Positions 35,766 through 41,581 of a stretch of DNA of 41,581 nt are shown piece by piece. The first letter of the stretch is position 1, and every line of letters begins with the position of its first letter. The translations under genes and the position numbers were made by a program. The stretch spans positions 1 to 41,581 of the IMG/VR virus record IMGVR_UViG_3300030397_000152, one strand, 5' to 3'. The notes beneath the pieces were generated by a model that saw only the letters and a list, made by a program, of their open reading frames with translations, was not told the origin of the DNA and made no database searches. This stretch comes from a virus. Taxonomy: Duplodnaviria > Caudoviricetes.

Positions 35766-35818
35766 TGTGGATAACTTGTTAGCAAATTGTGGATAACTTG
35801 TGGATAACTTGTGGATAA
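35766..35818. promoter_or_regulatory. Array of four perfect DnaA boxes in 11-bp register
   Basis: TGTGGATAA at 35766, 35788, 35799 and 35810; degenerate TGTTAGCAA at 35777. Confidence 0.8.
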
Positions 35819-37999
35819 CTATTGTGGGAATCCCGTTGCAGGTAGTGGCTCCATGGTCTCAGGGTTAATTCCTTGAGCGATTAGAGTACGTGCATTTTGA
35901 GCTTTATGATCCGCCTCTTGAGCAGCCTGAGCAGCCTTGGCTTGATCCTGAAGCATACGCTTATACTTATCAGCATCGGATGGGGAAATGATCCCTGCTT
36001 GCTTAGCCAGGTCAATTGAAATCTCATTCATTGCACCAGATGCCATCAACTCAGTAAGTGTAAGGAATCGATCAAGATTTTTCGTCGGACTATTTGCAGA
36101 TTCAGAAATGGATACATCGTATTTGGTGAAGTCCACGTTCTCAAGAAATGATCTGACAAACTCTTTGTCGATCTTGCTGAACTCAACTTGCTCACCAGTA
36201 GCATCAGTAACCTGAAACGGCTCAACAGCATTCTGATCGTGAAGAATCTTCATCACACGATCCACTGTAAATACATCTTGAATCATCTTGATCACAATTC
36301 GGCCAAGTTGCTTTTTAGCCAGAGATAAATTGTCGAACAGGTAATCGTTGGTCGTCAGACCCTGACGAAGTCGTCTTGCAATCGCAACACCAGACTTGGC
36401 ATTCGATTCCAGACCCAGAACCTCGTTGGTCACACCAGCGATATCTTTCAACTTACCAGAGGCAAGCTCACGCATATTCACCAACTCAGCTGGGAACCGT
36501 CCTCGCTCTACCTTCTCCGGCTTGCGATTAAGGTCACGTACCTTAACTGCCCACCCTGGCGTGTTGGCTGCATCGAGGAAGAGCTTTTCCTCTTTCTCGC
36601 TTGCGAACGTCTCATCATCGTAGAACCATCCGTCGTTATTGGATCGGTTAATAACATCGACTGCCTGACTGTGGCGTTTGTTAATTTCTTTCTGAAGGTC
36701 AATAAGTGGCTCCACTTTCCCTTGAACATAATCATCATCTTTTGACGCATATACTGGAACAACATTAAATTCCTTTAATCGAGATACACGTTTTTCGAGA
36801 ACTGTACTTCCGGCAACCGTGATGACTTCCATTTGCCAATCAGGAACATTTCTAACTTCCATGCCATCAATGGATGAAGCTTTCTTGAAATCTTCCTTTG
36901 ATAGAAGTGCGCTGTTCTCATAGATAAACTCGTTTTCCGGATCACTAATATTCACCAATACCTTAACTTCATTATGCCTTTTTCTCCAAAGCTCCATCAA
37001 CCTGATGTTCTTTTTCTGTACATCTACAAGCAATTCTCCACCTAAGTTCTGAGGTAGTAAAACATTCTCTGCATTGTACTGATCACCAGGGATGTTCTTG
37101 TGAGGCGTAACCTCATCAAATTCAGGCATGCCCTTTTCGTAAAGAGCCATGTCTGTATCAATCTCGTCAGCTTTATCAGGGTAGATCGATTTGAGCTTAG
37201 ACTTGGAGTACCACTTCGTTTTGATCAAGTATTCCAGATCGGAAGCGTCTTCATACTCGTGTGGGCCTAAAAAGATGTGATCCCACTTGAATCGGACGAT
37301 CCGAATATCTCCCTCCGAGCTTTGATCGAAGGTCACGTACACATCGAAGAATCCTCTACCCACAACTACCTGGTCGATAAACACCTTCGACTCGTGCTGA
37401 GCGAAGTTTGCTTTATCCAGCAGGTACTTGATAATAATATTCGCTATCTCAGCGCCTCTTGGGTCAGCATCTTCGATAGGGAATGTCTTAATATCCGTTC
37501 TGTTCTGGCGTTGGTGTCCAGAAAGCACATTCACGATAGGAGCAATCTCATTTACCGTGATGCAAGCTCGTTGTTTTGCTTCCAGCTCGGACTTCAGGTC
37601 AGAATCCCACTGATCCCCTCGTCTAAACTTCACAGCGGTCTTCCCTCGGTCACGGAAATCCTTCTCGATCTCAATAGCTTGCTTGGCAAGAACCTTCAGC
37701 TCATTAAGAAGCTCCATATCCGTCCCATCAACGACAGGATCAGGCTGAACCTCAAAAATAATCTCTTCGTCATTGTGCTTGTGGTTAGCAGCCTCAAGTA
37801 TCTCCAACCGCTCTGGCTTGGCTGGCTCCAAAACTTCACCCGTAGACTCGTCAATTACAGGAGGCTCAGCAGGTTGGTACTGAACCTCGTGTACATGGCC
37901 ATCCTCTGGGTGTGGCGACGTAATACCAGTTCCATCATCTCGAACGAAGTAAAGGTGATAATGATCCTGGTCAAATGTTGTACGTCGCAGATTTGGCAT
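35819..37999 (-). CDS. Portal protein, P22-like
   Basis: FRRGDQW, VNEIAPIVNVLSGHQRQNR, LIDLQKEINKRHS, KSGVAIARR, KYDVSISE. Confidence 0.92.
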   Translation of the reverse strand: MPNLRRTTFDQDHYHLYFVRDDGTGITSPHPEDGHVHEVQYQPAEPPVIDESTGEVLEPAKPERLEILEAANHKHNDEEIIFEVQPDPVVDGTDMELLNELKVLAKQAIEIEKDFRDRGKTAVKFRRGDQWDSDLKSELEAKQRACITVNEIAPIVNVLSGHQRQNRTDIKTFPIEDADPRGAEIANIIIKYLLDKANFAQHESKVFIDQVVVGRGFFDVYVTFDQSSEGDIRIVRFKWDHIFLGPHEYEDASDLEYLIKTKWYSKSKLKSIYPDKADEIDTDMALYEKGMPEFDEVTPHKNIPGDQYNAENVLLPQNLGGELLVDVQKKNIRLMELWRKRHNEVKVLVNISDPENEFIYENSALLSKEDFKKASSIDGMEVRNVPDWQMEVITVAGSTVLEKRVSRLKEFNVVPVYASKDDDYVQGKVEPLIDLQKEINKRHSQAVDVINRSNNDGWFYDDETFASEKEEKLFLDAANTPGWAVKVRDLNRKPEKVERGRFPAELVNMRELASGKLKDIAGVTNEVLGLESNAKSGVAIARRLRQGLTTNDYLFDNLSLAKKQLGRIVIKMIQDVFTVDRVMKILHDQNAVEPFQVTDATGEQVEFSKIDKEFVRSFLENVDFTKYDVSISESANSPTKNLDRFLTLTELMASGAMNEISIDLAKQAGIISPSDADKYKRMLQDQAKAAQAAQEADHKAQNARTLIAQGINPETMEPLPATGFPQ

Positions 38000-38301
38000 T
38001 ATACGTCTGTTGCTCCTGAAAACTCATTGAGTGATTTCAGGTACTCATACGCTTGAGAAATCACAGACTTGCCAGACTCCTTAACGACAGGCTCAGAAAA
38101 GAACAAATCAAAATCGTCAGTAGAACACGAATATTTCTTGATCTCGATAAGGTTTCCCTTATTATTCTCTTCTTCATCAACATAGACGCCACATACAACT
38201 TCAGCGCCACTACCATTAGTAATCTCAACACGAGATACCTTCAAATAGGCATCATTAACGGGTAAATTACCCTTAACAGTAACATTTCCTTTCAAACTCA
38301 T
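37999..38301 (-). CDS. Hypothetical protein
   Basis: AAGGAGG RBS supports start 38301; QAYEYLKSLNEFSGATDV C-terminus is typical of a conserved phage family. Confidence 0.7.
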   Translation of the reverse strand: MSLKGNVTVKGNLPVNDAYLKVSRVEITNGSGAEVVCGVYVDEEENNKGNLIEIKKYSCSTDDFDLFFSEPVVKESGKSVISQAYEYLKSLNEFSGATDV

Positions 38302-38312
38302 AGCTGACCTCC

Positions 38313-38645
38313 TTAACTTCCTTCTTGATAGATAAGCGTCTTGCTTCCGGACGCACAGATCGCATTCAATGCACCCGTAAAGATATTCGGGCCAATCCAC
38401 TCCAGCGTTCCACCGTTGGCATTAAGCCTCAAACCCTTATTCATCTCAGCATTATTTCCAAATGCAAGATACATAACCTCATCCGAATCATTCGTTACAG
38501 ACAAATATTTCCGGTTCGAATTTTCAGCAACCGCAGCAGTAGTCGTATTGGCTACTGTAACCGCAGCTGGAGCAGCAAACGTAATGTTGGCTCCATTGTA
38601 ATCTTGAGGGGCTTTATGCCCAGAACTATTCTGTCCCATTGTCAT
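38313..38645 (-). CDS. Small beta-rich putative virion protein
   Basis: RKYLSVTNDS..MYLAFG; AAGGAG RBS. Confidence 0.65.
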   Translation of the reverse strand: MTMGQNSSGHKAPQDYNGANITFAAPAAVTVANTTTAAVAENSNRKYLSVTNDSDEVMYLAFGNNAEMNKGLRLNANGGTLEWIGPNIFTGALNAICASGSKTLIYQEGS

Positions 38646-38745
38646 TTTAATCAGCTCCTTTTTCTATAATAACATTAAACCACTTTTGCAAGATATCCCA
38701 TAATACCAGCTGCAACATGAGTGTTCGCCCCACTCGCAACCACCT

Positions 38746-40362
38746 TTACACCGCCATCCACGAATCCGATCTGATCCGTTTCTTTTTTTTCATTCTATCA
38801 CGCTCATATTTATCTTCGACACGCTTTTTCCTGTAAACGCTATCATTAAAATAGAACCTCATCACAAGCGCATCTGCCTTATTCGGAGACGCCATTCCAC
38901 GCTTCCTCATCTCACGCTTGGACTCCACTTTTATCTTACCATTACTCTCGATCTTATACTTCACACTCGACAGCTCATAGATCAGCTCTTCGTCGTCCGG
39001 AATAGAGATAGACCCTTCCTCAAACGCCTTTCTGCATTTCCACCAAAGCTCATCCCGAAGTCGCTCAAACTTCTCCTTACGACTCGTGCTCTCAGATACA
39101 TTAATGCCAAAGACCTTAACACCCATCTCACGAAGCCTGTCCTTAACACCCCAGCCCAAACCAATGACGTCCAGACCCGTTGCCGTAGGCTCCTCATTCA
39201 CAATGTGCAACGATATCCAACCCGCCATCTCCATCGTGTCCTGTCCATTAAACGACTTGATCTCATCCCAGACCTTCATGCCCTGACACGTCATAATGAT
39301 CGACTTATCATCACCCTGACGAGCCAAATCCACCGTCGAGATAATTGGGTCATCATTATCAACAGCAATATCCCGATCCACCGCTGCCTGAACCCACTCC
39401 AGCGGAATAACAGAGTCAGAATCCCCTACAGGCTCCAGACCCAGGACACTGATCCGATACGCATTCGAATCCCTGCCATACTTACGTGCAATCCGCTCAA
39501 TCGATTCCTTAGATACGTTCTCAGACTCCTCACAGTTCCACCGATAACACATAAACTCATCTCGAAGCTTATGCTGAGACCGATACGCAAACCCATTCGT
39601 CCGAGTCGGGTTATACGTCATCAACAAAAAGTTCACCGGATCAGATAACGTTTGATCCAGAGGCATAAACACATTGTCCGGAACACCCGTCGCCTCATCC
39701 ACAAGGATCATCATATGCTGAGAGTGGAAACCCTGTAACGTCTCAGCTGGCGTATCCGCTGCCTCAGCCGTAGACGCAGACCGAGCAATCGCATACCACT
39801 CCTTACCCTCTTCACCAGAATGACCCTTCATAAAAATCTTCTCGCCATGAACCTCCAGCGACTCTTTTACAATAGACCCATACTTACCCTCTTTCTCAGA
39901 GCGCTTGATCCACTTACTCACCTCACGCCACAACACGTCCTTGACCTGATCCAACTTCGACGCCGTACACACCACAACCGCCTCGTTCCAACACATCAAG
40001 AACCATATAAGAAGCCATGCCTCCAACGTCGTCTTTCCAGCCCCTTTACCCGACTTGATTGACGCCCCCGTCTTCTTGATCAGAACCTTAAAATCATCAT
40101 AAGTAAACTCAAGATCAACACTCGCTGCCAATTCTTCAATTTGCTTATGATGAGTCTTGTTCAACTCCAAACACTTCTTCGCAAACACCAACTTGCCAAT
40201 ATCAACCAGCACCTCCTTCTGCTGATTGGTCACCACCTTCGCCTCCGGATGCTCCTTCCTATACTCAAGTGGCTTAGCACCCAAAACATCCAACACGAAC
40301 TCGTACGGATGATACCGCCAATACTTGATCTTACCTATCGCCTTGGCGCTACTTTCCGCCAT
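38746..40362 (-). CDS. terL: Terminase large subunit
   Basis: Walker A SGKGAGKTT, Walker B ILVDEA, nuclease VDLARQGDD, SPNKADAL. Confidence 0.95.
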   Translation of the reverse strand: MAESSAKAIGKIKYWRYHPYEFVLDVLGAKPLEYRKEHPEAKVVTNQQKEVLVDIGKLVFAKKCLELNKTHHKQIEELAASVDLEFTYDDFKVLIKKTGASIKSGKGAGKTTLEAWLLIWFLMCWNEAVVVCTASKLDQVKDVLWREVSKWIKRSEKEGKYGSIVKESLEVHGEKIFMKGHSGEEGKEWYAIARSASTAEAADTPAETLQGFHSQHMMILVDEATGVPDNVFMPLDQTLSDPVNFLLMTYNPTRTNGFAYRSQHKLRDEFMCYRWNCEESENVSKESIERIARKYGRDSNAYRISVLGLEPVGDSDSVIPLEWVQAAVDRDIAVDNDDPIISTVDLARQGDDKSIIMTCQGMKVWDEIKSFNGQDTMEMAGWISLHIVNEEPTATGLDVIGLGWGVKDRLREMGVKVFGINVSESTSRKEKFERLRDELWWKCRKAFEEGSISIPDDEELIYELSSVKYKIESNGKIKVESKREMRKRGMASPNKADALVMRFYFNDSVYRKKRVEDKYERDRMKKKKRIRSDSWMAV

Positions 40363-40675
40363 ACAACACCATAAGCAACTGAATAATTATCCCGATAAGC
40401 GACGATACCGCTATAGAAATCCCCACCAAAAACCAACGATAATTCTCCAACACAGATACACGCTTCTTCAGCGTATTAATCTCCCCAACGTGAATATCCG
40501 TCTGATGCTCGTGACTCTTCCGCCACTCTTCCAAGATGATCGCTTTCGTAGCAATCTCCTCCATCTTCTCAAACATTTTGTCAATCTTTTCGAATATCTT
40601 GCCCGTCGTATCCGAAACACCATCGATACTCTTCACCAGAAGATCATACTCCGCCCTCGTAATCTCCATACTCAC
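40349..40675 (-). CDS. Coiled-coil protein with C-terminal TM helix (holin/XhlA-like candidate)
   Basis: RVSVLENYRW followed by a hydrophobic helix. Confidence 0.6.
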   Translation of the reverse strand: MSMEITRAEYDLLVKSIDGVSDTTGKIFEKIDKMFEKMEEIATKAIILEEWRKSHEHQTDIHVGEINTLKKRVSVLENYRWFLVGISIAVSSLIGIIIQLLMVLYGGK

Positions 40676-41196
40676 AACCCATCTCCTCCAGCAGAACGCT
40701 CAACCATCCCAGCAAACGACACCGCAACATTCTTCGTAGACTTATTCTCCTCCAAACGCAGCTGCTCGTGCAACATCTTAGCTGTCATCGCATTATCCTT
40801 AGCCGACTCCTTCTTTAACTTCTTCGGCGTAATCGCCTTCAACGCCTGAACATGCTTCTCCTCCATCAAATCCCGCTTCAACTCAGCATTCCGCTCAGCC
40901 AAATACTTCGAACTCAATATGTGCTTCTGATCCTTCCCAACCAAACGATCCAACGCCCTCTGTATCGCTGCCTCACTCAACGGCTTCTCACGACCAGGTG
41001 GAGTCAATATCTCCGCTATCTCCTTATAGGTAAGACCACCCTTCTTCATCTTAAACGCAACTACAGGATCAAACTGAGCCGTACTCGCCAACCTCTGCTT
41101 CCGTTGTCCAATTATCTCTACTCTCGCATCAACAGACCCAGAAGCCTCAACTTCCTTACGCTTCAAACTCGATTGATCTTTCCTAGCTCTACCCAT
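40672..41196 (-). CDS. terS: Putative terminase small subunit
   Basis: HTH-like GLTYKEIAEIL...SEAAIQRAL; upstream of terL; GGAG RBS. Confidence 0.65.
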   Translation of the reverse strand: MGRARKDQSSLKRKEVEASGSVDARVEIIGQRKQRLASTAQFDPVVAFKMKKGGLTYKEIAEILTPPGREKPLSEAAIQRALDRLVGKDQKHILSSKYLAERNAELKRDLMEEKHVQALKAITPKKLKKESAKDNAMTAKMLHEQLRLEENKSTKNVAVSFAGMVERSAGGDGL

Positions 41197-41213
41197 AACT
41201 ACTCCATCTTATT

Positions 41214-41288
41214 TGGTAGCGGAGACGGGACTCGAACCCGTGACTTCTCGAATATGAATCGAACGTTCTACCACTGAACTACTCCGCA
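41214..41288 (-). tRNA. tRNA with CAT anticodon (Met/fMet-like), encoded CCA
   Basis: T-GCGGAG-TA-GTTC-AGTGGTA-GAAC-G-TTCGA-TTCATAT-TCGAG-AAGTC-ACGGG-TTCGAGT-CCCGT-CTCCGCT-A-CCA, 75 nt. Confidence 0.92.
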
Positions 41289-41404
41289 ACAAATTGTTTA
41301 AAGCCCCACCAGCCAGCGCATGCAAGACCAACTGTATGGGGCTAACCAATTATCCAGGCTCCAACACTCCCAAAGGGGGATAGAAGTGCTGAACACCTAA
41401 ACCC

Positions 41405-41434
41405 ATTATAAGCCACTTAAGAACGAATTGTGAA
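41405..41434 (-). promoter_or_regulatory. Leftward promoter for the tRNA/late operon
   Basis: TTCACA-N18-TATAAT on the - strand; predicted +1 near 41398, at the base of a hairpin. Confidence 0.6.
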
Positions 41435-41564
41435 ATTTGCACTTATGGGGCTGAAATGACGTATTGATGATTTTTGTTTTATATTGTTTTTGGTGTGGGT
41501 GGAAAGTGGGTTTACCCCATGTCACGGCCCTGCTAAAGCCCCCTACCCCTACCCCTACCCTCCC

Positions 41565-41581
41565 GATCGTGACTGGGAAAC
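41565..41581 (-). other. Untrimmed random-amplification (Round A/B, SISPA-type) primer
   Basis: The last 17 nt are the exact reverse complement of GTTTCCCAGTCACGATC and end flush with the contig. Confidence 0.85.

Noticed and set aside
17927-41277. + strand ORFs within the late region (e.g. 37277..38056, 40325..40849, 24528..25013)
   Set aside because: They are antisense shadows of well-supported structural genes, with no recognisable motifs.
41358-41366. GCTCCAACA matching window positions 1-9 as a terminal repeat
   Set aside because: Only 9 nt with no extension; expected by chance.
41510-41581. Terminal inverted repeat GTCACG...CGTGAC
   Set aside because: The right arm lies inside the amplification primer.

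Overview
A near-complete ~41.6 kb genome of a tailed dsDNA phage with P22/N4-like podovirus morphogenesis genes. The + strand (0.7-17.9 kb) carries early, recombination and replication genes: ERF annealase, Cas4-like nuclease, primase, DnaB-like helicase, RusA and an ATP-dependent RNA ligase. The - strand (41.3-17.9 kb) carries a late operon: tRNA(CAT), terminases, portal, scaffold, N4-gp56-type capsid, adaptor, tail fibre, M15 endolysin, gp10-like stabiliser and three ejection proteins. I recognised no integrase or DNA polymerase. The main signal is a self-contained operon at 2937-4893: a sigma70 promoter, a tandem array of four Y-RNA-like ncRNAs, then a Ro60/TROVE gene. All four RNAs share the same Ro-binding stem but carry different tRNA parts: an anticodon-like hairpin only (Y1), circularly permuted tRNA bodies opened at the anticodon loop (Y2, Y3), and a complete permuted tRNA with an Asn GUU anticodon arm (Y4). 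With the RNA ligase and a candidate Acb2/Tad1-type sponge, this suggests a tRNA-decoy/RNA-repair counter-defence kit (inference). Also notable: one palindromic operator over three early promoters, two 11-bp-phased DnaA-box arrays, a 990-aa hendecad ejection protein, and an untrimmed random-amplification primer at the right end. Family calls come from motif recognition by eye; no searches were run.
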